Source: Lama guanicoe
Taxonomy: Eukaryota
NCBI GenBank assembly: GCA_013239625.1
Contig: MU054662.1
Coordinates: forward strand, 2,487,709 to 2,551,708
DNA: 64,000 nucleotides
Direction: 5' to 3'
The notes under the pieces are model-generated. The model was not told the origin of the DNA. It saw only the letters and a list, made by a program, of their open reading frames with translations, and searched no databases. Positions 1 through 11,254 of this stretch are shown one piece after another; the stretch's first letter is position 1, and each line of letters opens with the position of its first letter. Position numbers and translations under genes: made by a program.

Positions 1-68
1 TGCTCTGCCACTGCCTCTTCATGGGGGTGGTACCGAGTCTCGCTCCTGCGTGGCTTGCCAGAGCCACC

Positions 69-98
69 ACCAGCTTCCTGTACCAGCTTCCTGAACCA
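69..98. repeat. 13-bp tandem duplication (ACCAGCTTCCTGW x2)
   Basis: accagcttcctgt accagcttcctga acca read directly. Confidence 0.8.
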
Positions 99-924
99 CA
101 TCTGGGAGAGGCCCTGGGCTCTGAGTGTCAGAGCAAATTGGCAGAAGATCCTGCCCAGCCATCCTTGCCTCAGGGGCAAGGACTTTCATCCTGGGCACGC
201 CGGCACCCCTTCTCCCCCACTGCCCATCCCCTCGAGGCTTCACTCATTATTGTAAAATTAATCTTCATTTACTAAATAATTCATGAGGCAGTGACAGGAA
301 GTGCTTAACAAAGCGTAAACTCCTCAGTCCCTGCTGGCCTGGACCACGAGCTGTCCTGAAGGCTGGGCTCTGGGCTGCTCAGGGACAGAGATGGAGGGTG
401 GGCGCCAGGGCCCCCAGGCACCACCACTGGCCGACAGGTAGTCAGGAGAGCTCGGGTTGCAGGAGCAGACCCTCCCAGGAGATCGGGGCTCAGGGCTCTG
501 GTGAACACACAGTGAAGAGGGCCTGTGCACCGTGCAGGATGGCAGCCCCCGGGAACGAGGCCCTCCTCTCACCAGAGTAGCACAAGGTGGGTGGGAGCCC
601 TCTTCCTCGGGTCCCTTCAATTCCCCACTAACTGGAAGTTAGACTGCACCCAGGGCAGTGAGCACTGGGCCCTGAGCCAGGAGGCCTGTGTTTTGACCAC
701 TTCAGCTGAGGGATCTCGGACCCGATGCTTCCCGTTCTCCAGGCCTGGCTTCTTTGTGCAGAGTGAGGACTGGTGCCAGAGGACATTTTAGACCTTGCCC
801 AGTTAGAGCACTCTGTGATGCTGCCACTCTTGCTTCTAGAACCCCGTGGCAGCACTGCGCTGCTGCAGGATGAAAGCTGAACTCCTTTCTAACCTCAATG
901 GGCCTTTTCATGACGAGGTGCTGC

Positions 925-960
925 CCACGTCTCCAGCTGCGTCTCCAGCCACATCTCCAG
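925..960. repeat. 12-bp minisatellite, 3 copies
   Basis: ccacgtctccag / ctgcgtctccag / ccacatctccag. Confidence 0.8.
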
Positions 961-1259
961 CCGTCCCTGGCCCCTTACTCCATCCACCCAGAACCACGTG
1001 TACTTCCCCTGGTTCTCCTTCCCTCTCCTCGGGGCCTTTCCACATGCAGGTCCCTCTGCCCGCGAAGGTCTAGGTCTCTGCTTCTCACTCCCCCCACCCC
1101 CTCCATTAGCATCTTGTTTTCAGTTGTAGCTAGCTTTCACTTTCACGGAGAACCCCTCAGGGACCGCGCAGGACGGGAGGGACACCTCTTGTGCATGGCC
1201 GCAGAGCACCAGGGGTTATTGAGGACCACTGCCCTGTGTCTGCCTTTGACGTGTTATCC

Positions 1260-1375
1260 TGTTCAAGTACATGCTCCCTGAAGATGGGGCTGCATCTGTT
1301 TTGACCCCAGCTGTATCCCCAGTGCCTTGCACAGTGTGGCTTGGTAGACGTGGAATGAAGAGATGATTGCATGCA
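1260..1375 (+). mobile_element. L2 LINE 3' end fragment
   Basis: gctgtatccccagtgccttgcacagtg resembles the L2 3' terminus. Confidence 0.6.
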
Positions 1376-1959
1376 ATGGGCACAGAAGCCCAGGAGGAAC
1401 ATGTGGCAGGGCAGGGATGGGGGGTGAGGGAAAGAGTAGGGTGTGGAGTCAGTCAGAGTAGCCTCTCAGCCTCTGCTGGGGAGACCGTGCTGAGAGAGAA
1501 CAGGGTATCACAGGCTGCCGATGGTGGGAGCTCTTCTGCCTGCGGCCTTGGTTCAGAGGGGCGGGCTTCCTGGGGCTCTGGGTCTGATAGGGCACAGAAA
1601 TGGCCCTCTCAGATGCTGTCCTGCCGTGTGGGGCCTGAGGAGTCCAAACTTTCATTAATAGCACGTCACAGGTTCCCAGGCAGCCCTCTGAGCCCTACAC
1701 TCGCTCCAGACCTAGGGTATGCCTCTCCCCAGACACATCACAACCCCTCTCCCTGCCTTGTGCCTGGACTCCATGCAAGGCCCAGGCCCAAGCGAATGCC
1801 ACCTCTTCTGTGTGCCTCCCAGACCTCCCTGGAACCATTTCTTGCTCTGAGCCATTACGCATGGTATGTGTTTAACAGTGTCTTATGAATTGCACTGAAA
1901 TGTTGGCATCTGGGACTCCTTGGTGGAAGGCAAGTTCTCTGAGGCTCGAGGTCAAGGAA

Positions 1960-2195
1960 GCATGAGTTAGTGGAAACCAGCAGACTTGGGCTGAATGTTA
2001 GATTTTCGCCAGTAGCTGACATGGAGTAGGCACTTCGTGAATGAATGAGTGAATCAGTGAAGGTGCTTCACTTTTCTGGACTCCAGTTCCTTCTTTCTAA
2101 ACTCGGATCATCATGTCCATATCACAGGGATGTGGTAAGGCTGACAGATACTGGCTGGAAGGATCCAGCACAGAAAATAAAGGGTTACTATTATT
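1960..2195 (+). mobile_element. MIR SINE, degraded
   Basis: ctccagttccttctttctaaa...cacagggatgtggtaagg...ttactattatt resembles MIR core and tail. Confidence 0.5.
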
Positions 2196-2586
2196 GCTCC
2201 GCGTTGGTGAGCCCCCCACCCGTGCCCCCAGCCCAGCCTAGTGCTTACTGAAATGAGGTGAACGTCAAAAGCTGTCACTGGAGCACCAATCCCCCTTCCT
2301 GGCCGTGTCACCCCCACCAACCCCAGTCCTGGGGAGGAGGCCGCCTGCAGCTAACTTGGGGGTGGGGGGCAGTTTGCCGCTTTGTCAGAGTATGCTTATT
2401 TCTTGCACATTGAAGTAAAGTTAAGAGATTCAGGAAAAGGGGGAGGAAGAAAAGAGGAAAAAATAAACTCAAAGAACAAACCAGCATCCTTTGAGATGGA
2501 CGGCGCTGCAGCTCGGCTTGGCCCCCCAACCGTGCTCCCGACCCCCAGCTCTAGAAGCTTGTTAAATACTGAACTGTGAGCAAGGT

Positions 2587-2700
2587 GGGGGTGGTACAGC
2601 TCAGTGGTAGAGTGTGTGCTTAGAATGCGCGAGCTCCTGGGTTCAATCCCCAGTACCTCCATTAAAAAATAAGTAAACCTAATTACCTATCTCCCCCAAA
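2587..2700 (+). mobile_element. tRNA-derived SINE, camelid Vic-1-like
   Basis: Pol III A box (cagctcagtgg) and B box (ggttcaatccc), then cagtacctcc and the tail attaaaaaataagtaaacctaattacc...ccccc. Confidence 0.85.
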
Positions 2701-3829
2701 GCCTCTGAACCTTAAGCTGAGGTGGAAACTAGGAAGAGCTGGACAGGAGGGCTCAGGGGCCAGCAGCATGTGATAAAAGCTCCTCTCCTTGTGAAGTTCT
2801 CCCTCCAAACTTCCACCGAGGTGAACAAAGCTCTGTGCCAGAGGGGAACTGAGTCTCATCAGCTGTCCTGGGGGTTCTTAATGCCCTCCTGTGTCACTGC
2901 GGTCTCCTCTGCCACGATGCGCATCTCTCGCATTTGTTGTGTGTGCTTAGTTTTAGGGCATTTTATCCCTCTTACATTAACCCCTTCTTGCCTGGAAAGT
3001 GTAAAAGCAGTAAGTGCCAAAAACGCCGGGCAGAAGAGGAAAACCAGGAGAATGGACAGCAAAGTGCGGCGGATCTAAAAAACGAGAAGTTGAGAGAGAG
3101 TGATGTTGCGCCGCTTGCCTACGGGATGAACTCTGACAGCGAGGACCCCTCCCAGGGCAGGAAGTAAATCCTACCAGATGTGAAAAGGGCTGGGCCAGGC
3201 CCGTGTAACCTGGTGATAGAAGTAAGCAGCAAGGTAAGAGGACTGACGAAATGGCAGTGTTTGATGCCGGATGCTGGTCTAACCAGGAGCTCGAAGGTTT
3301 TGCAACAAGCCAAGCCTGGTTCTTCGGGTCCGAGGCCCATCGGGATCCTCTCGCCATCCAGCTGAGCTGGGACTGCAAGTGCTGGTGGAGTAGCTGCCTC
3401 AGATGGAGCTTCCTGGGCACAGGGAGGCCAGCAAGGTGGAGGGTGACCGCTTCAGGAGGCCTTCAATGTCAAGCAAACAGGTCTATTTTGGGGAAAGCTG
3501 CCTGTGAAACGTCACATCCGCAAGAAGGTCTTCAAGCTTCAAAGGATGACTCACACTCCTGCTTCGTGGGGGCAGCCACTTGAACCTCTTCTTGTCACTG
3601 TGGTTTTAAGAGTGAGGGGGCGGCTCACAGCCTTCACGACGGACACATGTGTAAGCGGAGAAGCTTCTCTACTTTCCACAGAAATACTTCGAACACTTCA
3701 GGAAGGCAGGTCTAGCTCTAATTATTATCTTTATTCCCCTGAGGAAATACGCCTCCCGAGGCCAGTGGGAGGTTTCTCTGCCCCAGAATCGTGTCTTAGT
3801 CCATGGGCGGTGAAGCCCTGGTGGTGTGG

Positions 3830-4230
3830 CCACTCCAGGCACACGGCCTTGCTGCTGTTCCCTGAACGTGCCAAGTTCACTCTTGTCTCAGGCCCTGCTG
3901 CTCCCCGCCCAGGAAACCCTCCCCTGGGTCTTCCCTGCTCACTCCTCACCTCCTTGGAGTCTTCGCTCAAAACCCCACCTCAGTGAGGATGCCCTGACCA
4001 CTCTGCGTCCTACCCTCATGTGTCCTCCTCACGCCCCTTCTTCTGCTTTATTGTCCCTTCAGCATTTAGGACTTATATACGCAGTACATAATATGCTTAC
4101 TTGTTATGTTGGCTGTTTGTCTCTTCCCACTGGGATATATGCCCCATGAAGGTGGGGGTCCCTGCTGTATCCACTGATTTGTCCTAAGGTCCTGGTTCGG
4201 TTCAGATCTACCATATAGAAGGGCTCATTA
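3830..4230 (+). mobile_element. L2 LINE 3' region
   Basis: ggccttgctgctgttccctgaacgtgccaag; ctcaaaaccccacctcagtgagg; tgtctcttcccactgg...ccatgaagg. Confidence 0.75.
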
Positions 4231-4489
4231 TGTATGAAACAAAACAGCTGTGGTCCTTGTAGTTAGGACCATTATTTTGCCTTTATGGTGGCTGTCCCAT
4301 TTCTCTCCTCACCCTCAATGATGGCTGGCTGTGGGCTATTCTTGTCTCGGGGCCCAGGAGTGCCTGGCCACAGTGCTCACCCTCTGGGTGTGACAGAGGC
4401 ATGACCAGGCACACTCAGAGCTTGGCTGCTGGAAGACTGAGTTGGGGGTGTGGCCAGATCAGGGACAGTGCAGACCCTGTGCCCTGTGT

Positions 4490-4690
4490 GCTGGAGCTCA
4501 GAGCTGCAGAAGAGCAGGTTCCTTCTGTGAGATGGGAGAGGGGTGGGCAGACATTTATGGAGATGAGCTAGAATGGTTGGGGCCAATTGAGAGAAGACCT
4601 GAGATGCTATTCTGGAGATGATGGGGGCCCTTAGGGGGTTTTATGCCAAAGACGGACACATTTAATCTGAGTTTTAGAAGCATTCTAGTG
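4490..4690 (-). mobile_element. L2 fragment
   Basis: gagatgagctaga...ggggcca...gggggttttatgc...atctgagttttagaagcattct resembles antisense L2. Confidence 0.5.
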
Positions 4691-4699
4691 CTTATTTCC

Positions 4700-5075
4700 T
4701 CAAGACCTTTCCAAGGAATTCCAGTCCTGAGAGTTCATAGAAAATGCAGGTCTGCTTGCCCTTGGAGATTCACAATGCACATTAACACATCAATCCCTCT
4801 CTAGCCTTTCCTGGTTTACTTTCTTCATTGTGCTCGCCACTATTTGAAGCTCTTATTGACTTACACATTTATCTTTGATCTTCCCCTTACATGAGAAATA
4901 TAAGCCCCTTGACAGCATAAAACTTATCTGTCTTATTCACCACCTATTCCCAGCAGTTGGATGGTGACCTGGCCCTGGATAGGTGCGCAATATATTTTTT
5001 GGCGACTCAGCGATTAAAGACTCTGAGAAGTCCTGTGTAAAGAATTGGTTTCCTGTGTGTGTAAAACCTATTAAC
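4700..5075. mobile_element. hAT-Charlie-type MER element split by an L2 3' end (about 4795-5012, +)
   Basis: ggagattcacaatgcacatta resumes as attaaagactctgagaagtcctg; the intervening sequence has the L2 terminus tgtcttattcaccacctattcccag...taggtgcgcaatatatt. Confidence 0.55.
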
Positions 5076-5691
5076 ATTTCCCTTGACTAACACATTTCGT
5101 AAATGCTGTTCTAGTGGCCAGTGGCAGAAGGTAGAGTTCTTTGCTGACCGACTCCAGGGGCCCCTGAGGGACAAGCCCCCTCGTGGTGTTGGGGGTGGAG
5201 ACGTTCAGCTAAAACGCAAAGATGCCACTGGCCAAGGCAGCCGGAACCTGGTGCTGAGGCTGAAGCCTCGCTCCCTGGAGAGCTCAAAGCAGGATTAGGT
5301 CTCCTGCTCCCTGCCAGCCTGGCTCCACGCCAGCTGCAAGGCCAGCTTTCCACACGTGGCAGCTGAGGAGAGAGGCTAAGCTTCAAGGATTAATGCTGGC
5401 CTTGTGCGGGACCCAGCTCCCATGTCAAAGGATCTTCAGCTGGGCACCAGGAGCCCAGAGAAATGAGATAATGAAACCCAAGCCTCATCGGGGGAAGCAG
5501 CAGGCCCAGCGAGCCCAGGCCTGGTGGGGAAGGTGGGGGTGGTGGTAGGGAGCAGAGCTCTGGAAGGCCTGCGGTGGTGCTCAGCCCACTTTGCTTGAGC
5601 ACCCATAGTGGTGGGGGCCTGAGAAGTGTCTCTGGGGTGGGAGCAGAGGCCTTAGAGCAGGATGGCTTTGGAGATCACCCTCATCACTGCA

Positions 5692-5900
5692 GTCATTGTT
5701 AGCACTTATTGAGCAGCTACTATGCACCAGACACTGAGAGAGTCCTCTCAACAACCGTAGAGGTAAGTGTTACTGTCCTTATTTTACAGATGAGGACACT
5801 GAAGCTCAGAGAGAGAGATTTCTCCAAGATCCTGGAGTGAGTGAGTGGCCAGGCTGGGAGGAAGAACCCAGTCTTGGGCTCCCTGCCCAGTGCTTTTTCC
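5692..5900 (-). mobile_element. MIR SINE
   Basis: cacttattgagcagctactatgcaccagacactg...attttacagatgaggacactgaagctcagaga. Confidence 0.85.
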
Positions 5901-6829
5901 TTTACTCTCTGTGGCTTCCTGGAACCTTCTGTGCTGCTGTGATCCAGGCATTCCCCAGTGAAACCTTGACTCTGGGCCCCAGAAAGATCTCTGCTCTCCT
6001 GCTCAGAATGGTGATTTGAGAGGAAGGTGGTGGGGGGAGAATGGTCCTCACCCCACTGGCCTTCGTCTTCAAATAAAAAAGAATTCTCCCCAGGCAGCAG
6101 CTCTTTGTAGTTCTCACGAGGGCTCACTCAGCTGTGGCCTCTTTGAATTCCCAGCCTAGTCCTGGGAAAGGAGGTAAGTGATGCTGAGAAGGGAGCTGTG
6201 ACTTACCCCGGGTCACCCAGCCCACAGTGGGGAAGCCAAAAGTAGGAACCAGCATCCTGATTTCTGATCTGGCATTTTGCTGTCATCATTATCAATGTGG
6301 ATTTCCTGCTGTGGAATCAGGCCTCCCCTTCCCCACTCCTGGTCTCCTGCCAGGGCCTTCTTGCCCTGCTACCCTCATCTGGTCCTGGGGTGTGTGCTCA
6401 GGTCATCCTAGCTCTGGTTCCAAACTAACATCAATGATGGCACTTAAGAGGTGCTCCAAAAGTCCCCACGGGTGAATTATTAGGAAGACCAACGTCTAGG
6501 GGATGGGCCTGGCAAAGAGCTGGTCCTCAAAATTCACTTGAGTGAAGATGAGCGATTGGTCTTTGTCAAATGAAGGGGAAATAAATGTGCGTTATCTGCC
6601 GCACCCTCCTCCTCAGATAAGAGGTTGTTGCTCAAAATCCCCACTGCCAATTCGAGTGCAGATATAACCAGACCCTGCAGGAGGGCCTCAGAGTCCCTGC
6701 TCTCACAGACTGCTAGCTATTGCCCCAGGCAGAGGGAGGGGAAGAGACCTCCACATCTTCCATGTACTGGTCCCTTCCATCCTTTGTGGTCACAGTGGCG
6801 ACCACAGTGATGCCCGCTAACAGTCTGGA

Positions 6830-7040
6830 AGCCCAGTGAGTTCACAGTCTTAGCTGTTCTTCCTAACAGCCCTGTGAGAAGCACTGTTTTAGCATCCCTT
6901 TCCCCAGATAGGGAGAAGAAATTAAGGGACTTGTTCAAGTTCACGCTGCTGCTACTAAGGGGAGCCAGGCAGCACTCAAAGCTCACACACGTGCTGGGGC
7001 AGTCGGAAGGGGTCTGAACATCCAAACCCGATCTGCTACT
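6830..7040 (-). mobile_element. MIR SINE
   Basis: cctaacagccctgtgag...cagatagggagaagaaattaagggacttgttcaagttcac. Confidence 0.65.
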
Positions 7041-7787
7041 GTCAACAGGTGATGCCCAGGGTTGACTGTCCATTTGCCCTCTGCAAGCTTGTGTCCAGCC
7101 TCCAGGGGGCCTCATTTATGGATTTCGATGCTGATCAATCAGATTCCAATGTGGAGGAATCTCCCCAGACCCTCTCATCTCTGGGCAGTTGCAGGGAGGC
7201 AGAATCTACCTTCCAACCCAGAGCATTCCTTGACCTGTTAGTCCCAGGCCCCATACAGTGTCACCCCTGGGCTCTGCCAGCCCCAGCTGATCCTGCTCTC
7301 AGGTGGGAACTCCTGAGTCACAACACTAGAGGTGGGGCAGGGTCCTGCAGAGACAGCGGTTCCCTGTGAAGCCAGCAGCCTCTTTCCTCTGCAGCTTCCT
7401 GTGCCATCACACCAGCTCCATGTGAGGGGAGCAAAGCTGGTTCAGACCCCCTTGGAGTGCTAAGTCTTCCCTTATACCAAGCTCTCCCTTACGCCTTCTC
7501 AGGTGAGAGCCCATGGGCAGCATCCCAAGGAGGTTTTTGGAGGGGGAATGCCCCTTCCTGCCCTCCTTTCCTGGTGAAGGAGAACCTCATCTTCCTCTCT
7601 CTGACCCAGCCCACCACCACATCCTTCTGGGAACCCCAGCACAGCTGAAAAAGAGGGCTCAGAGTCTGCTGGCTACTACTGCCTTCCTCTGCTGTTACGA
7701 GTCCCTCACACTTGGTGGAACAGTCAAGAGGTGAACACTGTTAGGGACCAGGAGTCACACAGGAGGCAAGGTCCATCAGCATCAATG

Positions 7788-9759
7788 AGACTCCACACTA
7801 AAACTACTAGACTGATAAAAGAATTTGGCAAGGTAGCAGGACACAAGATTAATATACAGAATCAGTTGCATTTCTTTATACTAACAATGAAATATCAGAA
7901 AAGGAAAGAAACAATTCCTTTAAAAATCACATCCAAAAAGTAAAATACTTAGGAATAAATCTGACCAAGGAGGTGAAAGACTTATACATGGAGAACTACA
8001 AAACGTTAATTAAGAAATTAAAGGTGACTTAAAGAAATGGAAAGATATCTCATGCTCTTGGATTGGAAGAATTGGTACTGTTAAAATGGCCATATTATCC
8101 AAAGCAATCTACACATATAGTGCCATANNNNNNNNNNNNNNNNNNNNNNNNNNNNNNNNNNNNNNNNNNNNNNNNNNNNNNNNNNNNNNNNNNNNNNNNN
8201 NNNNNNNNNNNNNNNNNNNNNNNNNNNNNNNNNNNNNNNNNNNNNNNNNNNNNNNNNNNNNNNNNNNNAGACAATACTACAGAGCTACAGTAATCAAAAC
8301 AGTGTGGTACTGGCACAAAAACAGACACTTGGATCAATGGAACAGCACAGAGAGCTCAGAAATAAATCCACAGACTTACAGACAATTAACCTTCAACAAA
8401 GGAGGGAAGAATATACAATGGAGAAAAGACAATCTCTCCAGCAAGGGGTGTTGGGAAAACTAGACTGCCACATGTAAATCAATGAAGTTAGAACACTCCT
8501 TCACACCATGCACAAAAATAAACTCAAAATGGCTTAAAGACTTAAACATAAGACAAGACACTATAAACCTCCTAGAAGAAAACATAGGCAAAACTTTCTG
8601 ACATAAATCTTAGCAATGTTCTCCTAGGGCAGTCTACCCTGGCAATAGAAATAAAAGTAAAAATAAACAAATGGGGCCTAATTAAACTTACAAGCTTTTG
8701 CACAGCAAAGGAAATCATAGCAAAATAAAACAATAACCCACCAAATGGGAGAAAATACTTGCAAGTGATGCTGCAGACAAAGCTTGAATTTCCAGAATAT
8801 TTCAACAGCTCATACAACTTGATAACAAAATAACAAGCAACCCAATCCAAAAATGGGCAGAAGACCTAAATAAGTAATTCTCCAATGAAGACATACAAAT
8901 GGCCAATAGGCATATGAAAAAATGCTCAGTATCGCCAATTATCAGAGAAATGCAAATCAAAACTACAATCAGGTATCACTTCACCCCAGTCAGAATGGCC
9001 ACCATTAAAAAGTCCACAAATGATAAATGCTGGAGAAGGTGTGGAGAAAAGGGAACCCTCCTACACTGCCGGTGGGAATGGAGTTTGGTGTAGCCATTAT
9101 GGAAAACAGTATGGAGGTTCCTCAGAAGACTCAGAATAGACTTACCATATGATCCAGCAATCCCACTCCCGGGCCTATATCTGGAGGGAACTCTAATTTG
9201 AAAAGACACGTGCACCGCGATGTTCATAGCAGTACCATTTACAATAGCCAAGATATGGAAACAACCTAAATGTCTATTGACAGATGACTGGAAAAAAAGT
9301 TGTGGTGTATATATAGAGTGGAATACTATCCAGCCCTAAAAAAGAATAAAATAATGTAATTTGCAGCAACATGGATGGACCTGGAGATCATCATTCTAAG
9401 TGAACTAAGCCAGAAAGAGAAATGATATCACTTATATGTGGAATCTTAAAAAATGACACAAATGAACTTATTTACAAAACAGAAACAGACTCACAGACAT
9501 AGAAAACAAACTTACGGTTACCAGAGGGTAAATGTGGTGGGAAAGGATACATTGGGAGTTTGAAATTTGCAGATCCCAACTAATGTATATAAAATAGATA
9601 AACAACAAGTTTCTACAGTGTAGCACAGGGAACTATATTCAACATCATGTAGTAACCTGTAGCGAAAAAGAATCTGGAAAGGAACACATGTATGTACATT
9701 ACGCTGTACACCGGAAATGGACACAACACTGTAAACTGACTATACTTCAATTTTAAAAA
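7788..9759 (+). mobile_element. 5'-truncated L1: disabled ORF2 3' part (to about 9448) plus artiodactyl-type 3' UTR
   Basis: Translations [42 protein letters not shown]...IREMQIKTT and a CCHC remnant [14 protein letters not shown]; stops and frameshifts; ends ctatacttcaattttaaaaa. Confidence 0.97.
8128..8268. other. N run, 141 nt, inside L1
   Basis: n characters. Confidence 0.99.
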
Positions 9760-9760
9760 T

Positions 9761-9925
9761 CAGTGGTTCTCAATCTTGCGTATTAGGACAACTTTGTAAA
9801 GTTCAGAAGCCTAGGTTCCACCCTTGAAGTTTCCGAGTTTGTAGGTTGGGATAAAGTCCTGGCATCCGATTGTATAAAGCTTCTCCATGTGATCCTGCTG
9901 CATGGTGGGGGTTGAGAGGCCTGCA
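9761..9925. mobile_element. MER5-like hAT MITE
   Basis: Starts cagtggttctcaa; contains aagcttctccatgtgatcctg...ggttgagaggcctg. Confidence 0.65.
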
Positions 9926-11149
9926 CCCTCCAGCCACCCCAACTAAGATGCTGTGAATCATGGTCTCTAAAGCAGGCAGAGCTCTTCTCTCTACACAGGG
10001 TGGCGTGCTGTCGGGTGGCGATCAGAAAGAAGAGTCTTGTGCCCTTATGACTGGGGTGAGGCCTGTGTGAACTGCAGAACAGAGAAAGGGTGGCTGGGTT
10101 CTCACTGGACTCTGGATAGGATGCCTGGAGGCCCGAATACCCAGGCACTGCCTCGAAAAAGGCCAGCCTGCTGCTGGGGGTGATGTTCTGTCCTGTCCTC
10201 CAACAGCAGGGCCCAGGCTCCGAGCTGGATCCCGCAGGCTCCCTGTGACGGCTCTGGTGCCGAGGCAGCTGTGCCCTCATCCAAATCCTCTGGGACCACC
10301 TGTTCCCACTTCAAACCAGGGCCGGCAAGGAAGTTGCCCTGGGAGGGCAGTTGGCCTGGTGGGGGTGGGGGCCTCATTCTTGACTTTACTAATGCCACAT
10401 TGGTCAATGAGGGGTTTTCATCCTTGGGGAGGGGTCAACCTACCATTCCTGGATGTGAGGAGGCTGACACCAGGGACCCCATGCACTGACCTGGCTCATC
10501 CAATAGGGCCAGCCTAGCCCCGCACCATCCCATTGGTGAGCAGATGACTTCCCCGGCAGAGGACTCTCCTCACATTTATTCCATTGCTTTCTACTCCAGC
10601 CTGTCTCATTTGATTGCCAACATTTTCATCATCCTCTAGCTTCCAGTGTCCTTTTAGCCACTGGAAATGAATTAGAGAACTAATGTGCTTATGGAGGGAG
10701 AGAGCATCCATGAAGCTCGTGACACAGTGTCTGGCACACGAGCCGTGGTTAGAAATGGAAATCTCCCTGCCACCCCTTCCCAAAGCCTCTTACAACGCAA
10801 GTGCAGCCTGATTGATCTCAACAATCTCTTTTCTCTCTGTACCCCAAACCCTTTTCATTGTCAGTTCCTGAGCAGGCAGGAGAGATGTTGGAGAGAAGGA
10901 ATCCAGCTGTGTCCTGAGTGTCAGGAAACAATCAGCTGCAGAGTCAACATTTTCATCAGTGCAAGTGGATAATCCAAGTGCAGATAATTGAGAACTGGGC
11001 TGGAGCCACAGCCACGGTGGCCTTCAAAGGCCAATTATCATTGATTGGGCTATTCTAGGCATCTTACACCAAGGCAACGAACTTTCCACATGGCTTGGGC
11101 TTAATTTCAAAATTGGGCCCTTTATTTAGAGTTAAACTTCTACAACATA

Positions 11150-11237
11150 GAACAGCTCTAGGGTAGGGCCTGAGCATCTATAGTTATAAAAATCCCCACA
11201 GTGATTTTAATGCACAGCCAGGTTTGGGGAACTATGT
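11150..11237. mobile_element. MER5-like fragment
   Basis: tctagggtagggcctgagcatct...gtgattttaatgcacagccaggtttgggaacta. Confidence 0.65.
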
Positions 11238-11254
11238 GGCCAGGGGAAGATTTT

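Noticed and set aside
2587-2662. tRNA gene
   Set aside because: It has A and B boxes, but the acceptor stem does not pair cleanly and it continues into a SINE tail.
2977-3168. piggyBac-like MITE (TTAA-CCCCTTCTTGCCTGG ... CCAGGGCAGGAAG-TAA)
   Set aside because: The right terminal repeat is only a partial match and has no TTAA target site.
7731-9450. Functional reverse transcriptase gene
   Set aside because: 5'-truncated L1 ORF2 with multiple stops and frameshifts and a degenerate CCHC motif.
7781-9765. TSD ATCAATG/ATCAGTG around the large L1
   Set aside because: Only 7 bp with a mismatch, so chance cannot be excluded.
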